A program made the translations under genes and the position numbers. Positions 1-14,900 of a stretch of 64,000 bases of DNA are shown here, one piece after another. Source of the DNA: the human T2T-CHM13v2.0 reference genome, Homo sapiens; assembly GCF_009914755.1 (NCBI RefSeq), contig NC_060948.1. The stretch is one strand, 5' to 3'. Each line of letters opens with the position of its first letter. Position 1 is the first letter of the stretch. The notes below the pieces were generated by a model. It saw only the letters and a program-made list of their open reading frames with translations, did not search any database and was not told the origin of the DNA.

Positions 1-3000
1 TAACAACTTTATACCTGGAGCCAGGATGTGCAGAATGGTGACTCTCATTCCTGAACATTTCCACCAGTGCTATTGTGACATACACCTTGGTCCAGCTCCT
101 CAGTGATTTAATAATCCTGCCTAATTATAGCCTGCATATGACATTTTGACATATACCTGGACCTAGAACCTTGGTGATTTGACTCTCCTGTTGTAGAGGG
201 TCCTCAGAAAAAACTATAACATATCTATGGGCCCATCATCTAGGTAATGTGATGTTCCCCATTTGTCTGAACCTCCTTTCAGTGAAGAGTGTGGCATTTC
301 TAAACACTGCATCCAAATGACATGACTCTCTTGCCTGGGCCATTTCAACAGGAGGCCTTGTGACATATCTCTGAGCCCATCATTTTGGTGATATGACTCT
401 CCTCACCTGCCTGGACATTGTCCACAAGAGGCATTATGCGATAGAGCTGGGACTGGCACCAAAGTTTTCTGACTTTTCGGTTAGTGCCCTGCTGACAAAG
501 AGAACGTTGTAATACTTCTGGCTTAGAATGTAGGTGATGTGTTTGTTCTATCTCTTTTATAACCAAAGACGGGATGGTGACATATAACTAGGCACAGCTA
601 ATAGGCATGATAATGACTCTCTTATGTGGACCCAGCCAATAGAAGAAATGTTGCCTCTTATAACTAGGTTTAGGGACATGAGTGATGTAGAATCTCCTTC
701 TGGTAAAAAGGTCACAGAAGATTGCAACACTCACACATATTTTTTAACACCCTTGTGTTGAATAGAGGGTGTCACAAAGCACCTAGCACACAGAATAAAT
801 TGTGAGTATTGTATGCACACCCAGCTGACAGCAAGGAATTTCACCATCACAGGTGGATGAAGGCATCTGTCCTACATGAAAACAGGACATGTGTGGTATT
901 CTAAATCTAATCCCCAGAATTTTATTTCTTCAAGACTGTGATATAAATCTTTGCCAGTTACCGGTGTGATTTCACTCTTCAGACTGGTTCAAGCCTACAT
1001 ATGGCATTTTGATATTTACCTGGGCCAACCTTGACATGATGTTACACTTCTGCCTGGGCCCTGCTCTCAGTAAGAATTGTAACATCACTGGATCCAGCAT
1101 CCAGGTGATGTTACATTCTTGCCTGTACCATGACACACACGTTATTGTGACATATTACTGTGTCCATCACTTAAAAGAAGTAACTCTCCTCTCTAGAATG
1201 GGCCCTGCACACAGGGCAGGATAGTGACGTACTCCTAGGAGTGGCACAGAGGTGATGATACTATTTTGACAGGGCCACGCCCCAAAGAGGGCATTTTGAA
1301 ATATTGCAGGGCCTATCATAGAGATAATATGTCTCTTCTGCTTGGGACCTGCACACTTGAATAGTGACATATTGCTAGGCCACACACAAAGGTGATGGTA
1401 CTCTTTTGCCAGGGACATGCTTTAAGGAAAGCTTTGTGACATATTTCTATGCCTATCACCTAGGTGATGTGACTTCCTGCTTGGCCCTGCCCACATGGAA
1501 CATTGTGACATATATGTGGGACCTGCACCCAGGTGATGTAACTCTCTTGACTGGGACCTTTTCTAAGGAGGGCTTGCAAATGTCTCAGGACCCAGGACCG
1601 TGTGATGTGGCACTTCAGCCTGGATTCTGCCCACCTATTAAATTGTCTAGGTATGTGAAATATACCTAAACAATTGACATATTGTGACATATTGAGCCCA
1701 CCACTTAGGTAATGTGACTCTCGACTGGTTGCCGAACAACGCCCATGAACAGGCCTTTTGCCATATTTTAGGGCTCAGCACCCAGATGATGTTACTCTTC
1801 TGCCTAGGTCGTGCATAAAGAGGGAATTATGGCATACTGTTTGGCCCAGCACCGTAATGATGTGACTCTCCTCCCTGTGCCAGAGCCACAGAAAGTATGT
1901 TGACATATCTTTGGCCAAATCTGTAGGTATTCTGGCTCTCATCACTTTGCTTGCTTTCTTCCATGTGTGGTTTTATCATATTACAAAGCTCCATCCCCCA
2001 GTTAATGTGACCCTCTTTACTAGCCCCTGCCTAATGAGGGCGTCATGATATATTACTTCACACAGAACCTAGGTGATGTTAAACTTCTGCCTAGGTTTTG
2101 CCCCCACAAAAATTGGATTATGACATATACCTTGCTTCAGTTCAAAGGCATGATGATCAAGCTTATATTCAGCCAATAGGACATATTTTTCCTCTCATCA
2201 CTAGGTTTAGGTCAATAGGTAAGTTCTTTCATTGGATATTTGTACAAAGCTCACAGAAGTTTACAGTATTAACTCGTATCATAAATACTTCTTGTGTGGT
2301 ACAGGGAGTTTCATAACAGGGCTCATCAAAATATTAAGATTGTGACTCTCAACTACACATTGAGGTGAAAGTAAAAGTTGTGACCATGCTATATTTACAA
2401 AACTCATTGTTGAGGTCCTCAGTCTAACAAGTGAATACAGTACAAAATTGGAATTGTAATTTTCGTAAGTGAATCTGGCCACAGGTGGGATGGTGACTCA
2501 TTTCTGGAGCCAGCTCACAGGCATAATAATGGTCTCATTCCTGAAGCCAGCATATAAGACAGATGTGGACTGTCATACCTTGGTTTAGGAAAATATCTAA
2601 TATTGTGAGTCCATAGAAGCATGTAGGCCTCAGAGTGGTTTGCAATGCTCATGCATGCTGTTTAAGGCCTTCAAATGTTGTAGAGGGTCATACAGTGGCC
2701 CAGGAAACATGTGAGATTGTGACTATCAGATACACAACCAGCTCACAGTTAATGGTGTCACCCTCAAAGACAAAGAGATTTGGCATATTGCTAGGCAGAG
2801 TACCAAGGTGTTGAGACATTTTGGCTTAAATTTCTTCCCATGGGTTCATTGTGACATATCGCTGGGTTAGAATTCATAAAAATGTGACTCTTTTGCTTGG
2901 ACCCTGCCAAAAGAGGATAGTATCACATATCTCTGGACCTATAATCTTGGTGATTTGTCTCTTCTGCCTGTGCCCTGCCCCCAGAGGACATTGTAAAATA

Positions 3001-3411
3001 TCATTTGGCTTAACATCTAGGTCATACTACCTACCTCTCCTGTCTGGGTTCTGCTCACCAAGTAAATTGTAACATACTGCTGATTACAAAACCTAGGGAA
3101 TATGACTCTCCTTCATATTCCTTGTTAAGAGAGGGGATTATTACATATTGCAGAGTGCAGCACCTAGGTTGAGTGACTCTTCTCTTTTTCTGTCAATCTC
3201 CGGATTAATGACATACTATTTCAGTCTGTATCCAGCTGATGTGACTTCAGACTATGCCCAGCCTACAAATGTGATTATACTGTGTAATTGGCTAAGCATC
3301 CAGGTGATGTGACTCTTCTGGCTTCTTCCTGCTCATAGGTGGAATTGTGACAAATGCCTGGGTTAAGCAATCCTGCACAATAATAACTCTCATACCTGGA
3401 CAGAGCCAGTA

Positions 3412-3930
3412 TGTTGTGATTCACTCAGGTTTGTGGCAGAAATATTAAAAGGAAATACTGGGGAACGTAATAAGGAAGAGTCACAAAGCTTTGGAAGGCT
3501 GAAAAGTTACATAGCTTGTAATAATTGGACAGGCTTAAGGTGGCCAGTTCTTACTTGAGAATATTAGGTCATAGGGTAAAATGAGGGACAATATAGGCTT
3601 CCCCAGTTAAGTCTGTTTATTTTACCTCCATTAACCAGTCTTTGAACCAGATAGCTCTCTCAGTGGGGAGCTCGACCAGGAAAGTTGCCCCCTAATAGTA
3701 TTTATTTTAGACCATGGTACCTGACCTTAATCATTTGTAGAACTACTTTCTTAACCATGTTAATTATCCACAATTGTGTTTACTCAAAGCTTCTGTTGTT
3801 AATTCTATATTGAAGAAATGCCTGGATTGCAAGCTGCTTAGTGCCAAGTTTGTCATTCTTCACAGGACTCTCCTCAGAGTCTGAGTGGCCTGGGAGCCTC
3901 AGCTGGACTGGCAAAGCAAAATATCTGTGT
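3412..3930 (+). mobile_element. HERV-K(HML-5) LTR, LTR22B-like, 3' end deleted
   Basis: Non-satellite insert starting TGTTGTGATTCACTCAGG..TGGCAGAAATATTAAA, containing GGCTTCCCCAGTTAAGTCTGTTTA and ending GCTGGACTGGCAAAGCAAAATATCTGTGT, motifs I recognise from LTR22-family LTRs. Absent at the paralogous satellite site (~15,675). No terminal CA or 3' TSD. Confidence 0.75.
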
Positions 3931-6900
3931 CATTCTCACACATGCACAATTGTCATTCTCACACATGCACAGGGCCTACTAATGTAGCCCTTGAATCTCA
4001 CACATAAAGAAGCACTCAAAAGCTGAAATAATTACTCTCATAAAGGAATCTGATTCACAGGTGGTTTGGTAACATATGAACCATGATTCAGCACACTGCG
4101 GTGATGTGACTCACCAACTGAAACACAATCTGCAAGTGAGAATGGGCTGTCATATATGAATCTGGCTGATTGTTGAGATTGTGACTCCTCTGCTTTGACC
4201 CGGCACATAGATAGTGTTTACTCACATACAGGAAACCAGGACTTTGGTGAGACGTGAAACTTATTTTCAAACCTTTTTGAGAGTGTGATTGGGACAGGTA
4301 ACTTTGCACAGCACATGAATAATTTGGATCTCTTTTATACACCCAGATCACAGAAGAAATTGTGCCATATGTCGAACAAGCATCTGAGCAATATGTAACA
4401 CATCCCTTGGCTCTTTCTATGAAGGGCACTATTACATATCACTGGGACCATTACCCAGATGATGCGAATTATCTGCCTGAAAACTGCCTACCAAGAGAAT
4501 TGTGTCTTATATGTAGGTCCATTATGTAATTGATGTGACTCCCTTCTACTCCTTTGTCCCTGCATTTACAGTGCATTGTGACACATAACGGGTACTGCAC
4601 GCAGGTGAAGTGATTCTTCTATTACGGTTCTGTCAACAGGATTTATGTGACATATTACTTGTTTTACCAGCTAGGTAATGTTTCTTTGCTTTTGCCTGGG
4701 CCCTGACCAAAGGGAGATTGTGACATATCGCTGGGCCCAGCACCAATGTGAGGTCACTCTCCAGCTTGGGTACTGCACGTGAGGGCCATTGTGATAAACA
4801 TCCAGGACAATTGCCCAGGTGAAATGAGCATCCTCTTCTGCCAAAGTCCTGCCCACATAGGGAGTTTTCTAATGTCACTGATGTGAGCATCCAGGTGATG
4901 TAACACTTCTGCCAGGATCCTGCCTGCAAGGGGGACTGTGACATCTCACTGGACCCCCACCCACATAAGTGATGTAACTTTCTTTCCTTCTCTCTGGCCA
5001 CAGGTGATATTGTGCTCTATAACTGAGGTCATAACAAAAGCCTAATATCAACTCATCTATCTGGAGCCAGAATATGTGCAGTATGATAAGTCTTATTCCT
5101 AAACCTTTCCACAAGTTTAACTGTGACATATACTTTTGCCCAGCTCCTGAGTGATTTAATAATTTTGCCTAGGTATAGCCCCAAAATGAGATTTTGACAA
5201 ATATCTGTGCCAGCCACCTTGGTGATTTGACTGTGCTATCTTAACAGTCTCCTCAGAGGGAATGTCACATATTTCTGGACTCATCATCTAGGTTACATGA
5301 CTCTCTTGTTTGGCCTGTACCCAGCTTCCTTTAGTAATTGTAGCATTTGTAAACACTGCATCTAAATGAGATGACGGTCTTTTCCGGATCCTGTCAACAG
5401 GAGGCATTGTGACATATTTCTGGGCACAGGTTTTAGGTAGTATCTCTCTCCTCTACTGCCTGGTCACTGCCCACAAATACATTGTGCCACAGAGATAAAT
5501 CTAGCACACAAGTTTTGAGACATTTCTGAAAAGACCTTGCCTACAAAGAGAATATTGGAATGTTTTTTGCCCAGCCTTTAGGTGACATTGCTCTTCTGCC
5601 TGCTTCATAACCACAGAGGGAATTTTAAGATATACCTAGGCATGCCTATCAGGAATGACAATGACTCTTATATGTGGATTCAGCCAATAGAGGATATTTT
5701 GACTCTTATGACTAGGTTTAGGGAAATACATGGTGTCCTGAATCACCTTCTTGCACAAAGGTCACAAAAGATTACAACATTCACACATACTTTACAAAGT
5801 CCTTGGGTTATACAGAAGGAGTCAAAGCAGGTCTCGGAATGCAGGTAAAATTGTGAGTCTTGTGTGCACATCCAGCTGACAGTAGGACTGTTATCATCTC
5901 ACGTGGATGAAGCCAACTGTCACACTCGAAAAAGGATGTGTGGGGTATTGTAAATCTCATATTTGGAATAGTTGGACAGTGTGATTGTGATATCAATCTT
6001 TGCCATGCACCTGTGTAGTTTGCCTCTCCAGGCTTGTTCCAGCATGTATATGGGATTCTGATATCTACCTAGGCCCCAATCTCAAGGTGATGTGACTCTT
6101 CTGCCTGGGCCATTCTCTAAGTAAGGATTGTAGTATATCACTGGATCTTGCCTCCGGGTGATGTTACATTGTTGCCTGCACCATGGCCACCACAATTATT
6201 GTGACATATGCCTGTGTCCACCTGACAGATGATGTAAGTCTCTTCTCTGGAATGTTCTCTGCACAGAGAAAGAATAGCGACATATTGCAAGGCCAGGCAC
6301 AAAGGCATAGGTGCCTTTTGCCAGCGCCATGCCCAAAAAGGGCATTGTGACATATCTCTGAGCCTATCATCTAGGTTATGCTGCTCTCCCACTTGGGCCC
6401 TGCCAATCTGGAGACTGATATATTTCTAGGCCAAGCACACAGGTGATGTTACTCTTTTGCCTGGGCCATACTTCATAGAGGACATTGTCACATATCTCTA
6501 GGCCTATTACCTAGGTGAAGCGACTTGCTCCTTGGGCCCTACCCCTATGAAGCATTGTGGCATAAGCAGAGAACCTACTCTGAGGTGACGTAAGCCTCTT
6601 GCCTAGCTGACGTCCTAAGAGAGCCTCATGACATATCTCAGGACACAGCACCCAAATTATGTGGTTCTTCTGCCCGGTGTGCGTCCTTATGTTATGCTGT
6701 GACGTATTCCTAGGGAAGCACCTAGGTGATATGACTCTCCTAATCTGCCTGTGCCATGCCTAGAGGGGCTATTGGGACACATGTCTGAGACCAAGACTGA
6801 AGTGATGTGACTCTTTTTTTCTGCCTGGGCCTTCAAAATAAGGATATTGACTCATTGTTGGGCAGAGCACTCAGGATATGTGACTCTCCTCTTTTTCCCG

Positions 6901-8802
6901 AATGATGCCCACAGAAAGGAATTTTGACCTATTGCAGGGTCCAGCACCCAGGTGATATTACTCTTCTGCCTGGGTTCTGCATAAAAAGAAAATTATGGCA
7001 TATTGCACATTGTTGAACCCAGTATTTTTAAAATTTGACTCCCTGCCTGTGCTGGAGTCAAATATTTTGATGTCTCTTGTGCCCATTAGGTAGGTGCTTT
7101 GGCTCTCATGTATGACATATACTTAGGTCCACTTCACAGGCATTATGACGAACTTTATATTGGGATTCACCCAATAAAAGATATTTTGCCTTTCATCATT
7201 AGGCTTAGTGCAATAGGTTAAATCCTGGGTTGCATATTTGTACCAAGCTCATAGAATCTTTCAACAATAACTTGCATTGTATAAACTCTTTGTTGGTAGA
7301 GAGTTGCATAACAGGGCCCAGCAAAAAGTTCAGATTATGACTCTCGCTTACACAACCAGTTGAAAATAAAAGTTGTCACCATTCCACATTTACAGTGCCC
7401 ACTGTTGAGATCTTGAGTCTAACAAGGGAATACAGCGCAAAGTGTGAACTGTGACTTTTATATGTGGATCTGGCCACAGGGAAAATGGTGATTCATTTCT
7501 GGACCCAGCTCACAGGCTTAATCATAGGTCTTCCCCCTTAACCCTGTCTGCGGGAGAGATGTTGACTACCAAACCTAGGTTTAGGATAATATGTATGACT
7601 GTGAGTCCCTATGAGCATGTAGGCCTCAGAGAGGTTTGCAATTCTCACGCAGGTTTCATAAACCCCACGGGTATTTTACAGAGTGTAATATATTGGCCCA
7701 GCATACACATGAGATTGTGACACTAATATACATGGTCAGCCAAAATTTACAGGTGTTACCCTCAAAGATGAAGATATTGTGTCGTATCACTAGGCCTAGT
7801 GCCCAGGTTTTGATACTTTTTGCGTCAAATTCCTTTTCCTGAATGCCTTGTTACATATCACTGGGACAGAATCATCATAATGTAATTCTTCTCCTGAGCC
7901 CTGCAAACAGTGGATGTTATCAAACATCTCTGTGTCTTTCAGCTAAGGAATATGTCTCTCCTGCCAATGTCTTGTCCACAGGGAACATTTTGACATATTG
8001 CTAGATATAGCATCTATGTAATATGACTCTACCCTCCTGACTGGATCCTTCCCATTGAAGAAGCTGTTGCAGAACACTGAGTGCAAAACCTAGGTGATAT
8101 GACTCTCCTCTTTGTTATGGACTCTGCCAAAAGAGGGAAATGTAACATGCTATTGAGCCCAGCACCTAGGGGATGTGACTGTCCACTATTTATTCAATCC
8201 TGTATACGGTGGGCATATTGACATATTATTTGAGACTGTACCCACCTGATATGACTCTTATGACTGGGTCCTGCCTACAAGGAGATTATACTGTTTCCCT
8301 GATTCAGGACCCAGGTGATGTGACTCTTCTCTTGCCTCTGTCCAAAGGTGAAACTGTGACATAGACCTGGATTCAGCTCATATGCACAATAATAACTCTC
8401 ATGCCTGGACCCAGCCAGGGGATTTATTTTGATTCCCTTAGACAGTCTGACTACCATGGTTAAATTCCTCAATCTCACATATGTAAGAATTCATAGAAAA
8501 GTACGCTACTCTGTCATATCACATAAAGTCTGAGTGGTACAAAGGATGTCATAACAGGCACCAGTGACCAGGTGCTATTGGGAGTCTTGGACACCCACCC
8601 AGCTGACACAGTTGTCATTCTCACACATGAACAAAGCCTACAAATCAGATATTAAATCTCACACACATAAGCAGTAGAAATTTTTCTTACTCTCATACAT
8701 GAATCTGATCCACAGGTGGTTTGGTGACATTTGAAGCATGACTCAGCAGACCTGTGGTGCTTTGACTCTCCTACTGGAACGAAATCTTCAAGTGGGAGTG
8801 GG

Positions 8803-9105
8803 TTTTTTGTTATTGTTGTTGTTGTTGTTGTTTTGAGACAGAGTTTTTCTCTTATTGCCCAGACTGGTGTGCAGTGGTGCCATCTCAGCTCACTGCATCC
8901 TCCACTTCCTGGGTTCAAGTGATACTTCTGCCTCAGCCTCCTGAGTACCTGGGACTACAGGCACCTGCCACCATGCCCGGCTAATTTTTTCTGTGTTTAG
9001 TAGAGGCGGGGTTTCACCATGTTGGCCACTCCTGACCTCAGGTGATCCACCCACCTCGGCCTCCCAAAGTGCTGGGATTACAGGCATGAACCACAGTGCC
9101 TGGCC
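8803..9105 (-). mobile_element. AluS (Sq/Sp/Sx-like) with (GTT)n-converted tail
   Basis: Antisense Alu body from GAGACAGAGTTT to GTGCCTGGCC with a small internal deletion after GTTGGCCA. Imperfect TSD GAGTGGG/GAGTTGGG. Empty site visible at ~19,100. Confidence 0.95.
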
Positions 9106-11473
9106 AGAGTTGGGGCTCTTATACATGGATCTTGCCCATTGTTGAGACTGTGACTCCTGTACTTCGACCAAACTGATAGGAGATGTTAACTCTCATACCT
9201 GAGGGCAGGACTAGTATGGGACTGTGAAACTTACTTCTGACCATTTTTGAGAGTGTGATTGAGAAATATGGCTTTGCCCAGCCTATGAGTGTTTTGCATC
9301 TCTTATCTAGGCCCAGAGGACAGTTGAAATTGTGACATACATTCGCCAAGCACCTAAGCAACGTATAACACCTTTTTGGGAATGCGACAGAGGGCACTTT
9401 TACATATCTCTGGGACCAGCGCCCAGCCGATGTAAAATCTTGGCCTGAAACACGGCTACAAAGAGCATTATGGCTTTTATCTAGCTCTGTCATGTAAGTG
9501 ATGTCATTTCTTTCTACTGCCTTGGTCCTGCACTTATGGTGCCTAGTGACACATAACAGGATACTGCACCCAGGTGATGTGACTCATTTTTGGGTGGAGT
9601 TCTGCCAATAGAAAGATTTGTAACATATCACTTAGCTCAGCACCTAGGTGATGTTTTTTCTCTCTTGCCTGAGCCCTGACCACCAGAGAGATTGTAACAT
9701 ATTGCTGAACTCAGCACAAAGGTGAGGTCATTCTCCTGCATTTTCCTGCCCATAGGGACAGTTGTGACATATATCCAGGCGAATTGCCTAGGAGCAGTTT
9801 TTCTCCTCTCCTTCCTACGCCTGCCTTGTCCACAGAAGGAATTTAGATATATCACTGAAATCAGCATCCAGGCGATGTGAATCTTCTTCCAGAGTCCTCC
9901 CCACAAGAAGGATTGTGACATTTCACTGGACCAGCACCGACTCTGATGATGTGACTTTCCTTTCTTCTCCCTGCCCACAGGTGATATTGTGCCATATACT
10001 TGAGAGAAGATAAAAAAATTATAACAACAACTCCTGTACCTAGAGCCAGAACATTTGCAGGATGGTGACTCTCATCCCTGAACCTTTCCACAGGTGTTGT
10101 TGTGACATACACCTTTGCCAAGCTCCTGAGTGATTTAATAATCCTGCCTATTTATAGCCCAGAGATAACAGTTTGATATATACATTGGCCAAAAACCTTG
10201 GTGATTTGACTTCCCTGTCTTAGCAGTGTCCTCAGAAGGGATCGTAACAAATCTCTGGACCCATCATCTAGGGTATTTGACTTTTCTCTCCTGCATGAAC
10301 CCTGCTTCCAGTGAAGAGTGTAGCATTTCTAAGCACTGCATTTAAATGACATGACCCTCTTGCCTGGGCCCTTTCAATAGGAGGCATTGTTACATTTCTC
10401 TGGGCCCATCATTTAGGTTATATGACTCTCCTCTCCTGTGTGGACACTCTCCAGCAAGGACATTATGCCAACGACCTGGGCCTATGACCAAATTTTGTGG
10501 CTTTTCTGTTATGGCCCTTCCTGCAAATAAAATATTGGAACATTTTTGGCTCATGGTTTAGGTGATGTGGTTTTTCTGCCCATTTAATAACCACAGAGAG
10601 CATGGTAGCATATACCTAGGCGCAACTAACGGCCATGATAGTGACTGTCATATGTGAACCCAGCCAATAGGAGAAATTTTGACTTTTATAACTAGGTTTA
10701 GGAACATAAGTGATGTCAATGATCTCTTCCCGGTAAAAATGTCACAGAAGACTATAACACTCACACATGTTTTGTTACACCCTTGTGTTGTATAAAGAAT
10801 GCCATAACAGGGCCTAGCACACCGAGAAAATTGTCAGTCTCATATGCAAACCCAGCTGACAGCAAGAACTTTCACCATCATAGACGGATGAAGGCAACTC
10901 TTCTACATGAAAATAGGGCATGTGTGGTATTGTAAATCTAATTTCTAGAATTTTATTCCATCATGACTCTGATACAAATCTTTGTCATGCACCATTGTGA
11001 TTTCATTCTTAAGACTGGTTGAAGCCTACATATAAAATTTTGAGATCTCCCAGGGCCAACCTTGAAGTGGTTTGACTCTTCTCCCTGGGCCCTGCTCTCA
11101 GTAAGAATTTTGACATCACTGGATGCAGTAACCAGGTAATGTTATATTCTTGACTGCACCATGACACAGACATCATTGTGACATATTACTGTGTCCGTCA
11201 CTTAAAAGATGTAACTCTCCTCTCTGGAATGGGCACTGCACATAGGATAGGATAGTCACATATTCATAGGCCAGGCACACAGGTGATGATACTTTTTTTT
11301 TTTGCCAGGGCCATGCCCAAAAGAAGGCATTTTGACATATCAAAGGGCCTATCATGCAGGTAATATGACTCTTCTGCTTGGGATCTGCCCACCTGCATAG
11401 TGACACATTGCTAGGCCAGACAGAAAGGTGATGGTACTGTTCAGCCAGGGACAGGCTTTAAGAAAAGTTTTAT

Positions 11474-11922
<449 letters not shown>

Positions 11923-14900
11923 CTAAGGGGGGCTTGTGAATATCTCAGGACCCAGGACCATGTGATATGGTATTCAGCCTTGTTTTTTCCCACATATTAA
12001 AGTGTGACATATACCTAAAGAAGCACCTAGGTGATATGATTCTCTTTTTCTGCCTGATCCCTGCCTACTGGTGACATTCGGCCATATCTCTGAGCACATA
12101 ACCTATATGATGTGACTCTCTTATTCTGTCTGCGCTTTGACAATAAGAAGACTGTGAAATGTTAATGAGCCCAGCACTTAGGTAACGTAAGTCTTGTCTG
12201 GTTGCTGAACAACCCCCACAAACAAGACTTTTGCTGTATTTCAGGGCCCAACACCTGGATGATGTTACTCTTCTGCCTAGGTCATGCGTAAAGAGGGAAT
12301 TAGGGCATATTGCTTGGCCCAGTCCCGTAATGATATGACTCTCCTGCTTGTGCCAGAGCCACAGAAGGTATTTTGATATATCTTGTTCCCTTTCTGTACG
12401 TGTTTTGGCTCTCATAACTTTGCTGGTATTCTTCCACGTGTTGTTGTAGCATATTGCTGGTTCCAGCCCCCAGTTAATGTGACCCTCTTTCCTAGGCCCT
12501 GCCTAGGTAGAGTATTGTGACATATTGCTTGGAACAGCACCTAAGTGATGTTAACCTTCTGCCTAGATTTTGCCCACAAATGGGGTTATGACAGATACCT
12601 TGATTCAGTTCAAAAACATGATGATCAAGCTTATATCGGGATTCAGCCAACAGGAGATATTTTGCCTTGCATTGCTAGGTTTACATCAATAAGTTAGTCC
12701 CTTCATTGCATATTTATACAGAGCTCAGAGAAACTTACAACACTGATTCATATCATAAAACCTTCCTGGGTGGTACAGAGATATTTATGACGGATCCCAA
12801 CAAAAAATTGAGATTGTGAATCTCCACTACACATTCAAATGCAAGTAAAAGTTGTTATCTTCTCACATTTACAAATCTCATTGTTAAGGTCCTGAGTCTA
12901 ACAAGTGAATACAGGACCAAGTTGGAGTTGTGATTTTCAAAAGCTAATCTTGTCACGGGTGGGATGGTGACTCATACATATCTGGTCCCAGGTCACAGGC
13001 TTAAAAACAGTCTCATCTCTGAAGCCAGCCTAGAGAAGAGATGTTGAGAGTCATACCTTGGTTTAGGGCAATATGTAAGATCATGAGTTCATATAAGCAT
13101 GTGGGCCTCAGAGAGGTTTTCAACTCTCAGGCATGTTGTATAGTGTTCTCAGATATTGCAGAGAATGTCATACAAGGGTCAGCACACACATGAGATTGTG
13201 ACTGTCATATAAACAACTAGCTAACCATTAATTGTGTCACCGTTAAAGGTGAAGAGATTGTGTCATATCACTTGGCGTCATACCCCAGTGTTGAGACATT
13301 TTTGTTTAAATTCCTTTCCAAAAGGGCATTGTCACATATCACTGGGTCAGAATAATGATAATGGCCTTGAAAACAGGGGATATTTTCACACACCCCCAAG
13401 CCTATTGGCCAGGTGATATGTCTCTCCTGCTAGTGCATTGCCCACAGGGGACATTGTGATATATCACTAGATACAGCATCTAGGTAATACTCCTGCCTGG
13501 AACCTGTCCACCAAATAAATTGTGACATACAACTGAGTGCAAAACCTAGGTGACATGACTCTCCTATTTGTCCTGGACTCTGCCAAGACAGGGAATTTCT
13601 ACATATTGCTGAGCCCAGCACCCAGGTGTTGTGATTCTTTTTTTACTTTTATTTTTCATCAAATCTGTCTACATTGGGCATGGTGACATATTACCTGAGG
13701 GTCTACCCAGGTGATGTGGCTCTTCAGCCTGATTTCTGCTCACATGTTAGATTGTGACATACAACTAGGAAAGCACCTAGGTATATGACTCTCCTTTTCA
13801 GCCCATGCCCTGCCCTACTGGGACAGTGGGATCTATCTCTGAGCCCAAGACCTAAGTGAAGTGACTCTCTTCTTCAGTCTGGTCTTTGCAGTGACGGCAT
13901 TGTGACATATTGCTGAGCCCAGCACTCAGATTTATTGACAGCTATTTCTCTTGAACCATGCAAACAAACAGAAATGTTGACCTATTGCAGGGCTCAGCAC
14001 ACATATAATGTTACTCTTTTGCCTGGATTTTGCGTACACGGAGAATTATGGCATATACTAATATATAATAATAGCACACTAAAAATGTGACTGTCATGCT
14101 TTCCTGCAGCTACAGAAGGCATTTTGACATATACTGAGCTTATTCTGTAGATGTCTTGGCTCTGATTTTTTGCCTGTTCTTTTTCTACATATGGGATTGT
14201 GTCATATTGCTGTGTCCAGTACCCAGTTAATATGACTTAATTCCTATACGCTGCCTAGAGATGGCATTGTGGCATGATGCTTGGCACAGCACAGTGATGT
14301 TACACCCCTGCCTAGTTTTGGCCCACAAATAGGATTATGACATATACCTTACTTCAGTTCACAGGCATGATGGTCTAAATTACACTGGGAATCAGCCAAA
14401 GGAGATATTTTGCCTTTTATCACTAGAACAAGGGAAATAGGTGAGGTTGTGGGTTGCATATTTGTACCAAACTCAAAGACCTTTACAACACTAACTCATA
14501 ATGTATAAATGTGTGGAGTACAGAGAGTTTCATGACAGGGAGTAGCAAAAATTCAGATTGGGACTCTCGATTACACAACCAAGTAAAAGCAAACGTTGTC
14601 ACTATTCCATATGTCCAAACCTCACTGTTAAGGTCTTGAGTCTAACAAGTGAATACAGTACAACATCAGAATTGTGACCTTCATATGTGGATCTGGCCAC
14701 GGGTGGGATGGTGACTCATTTCTGGATCCAGCTTACAGGCATAATAAACTGTCTCATCCCTGAACCCAAACTGCAGAAGAGATGTTGACTATTATACCTG
14801 AGTTTAGGGTAATATGTAAGATCATGAATCCATACAAACATGTAGGCCTCAGAGTGGTTTGCAACTCTCACGCATGCTGTATAAAGCCTTCAAATGTCAC

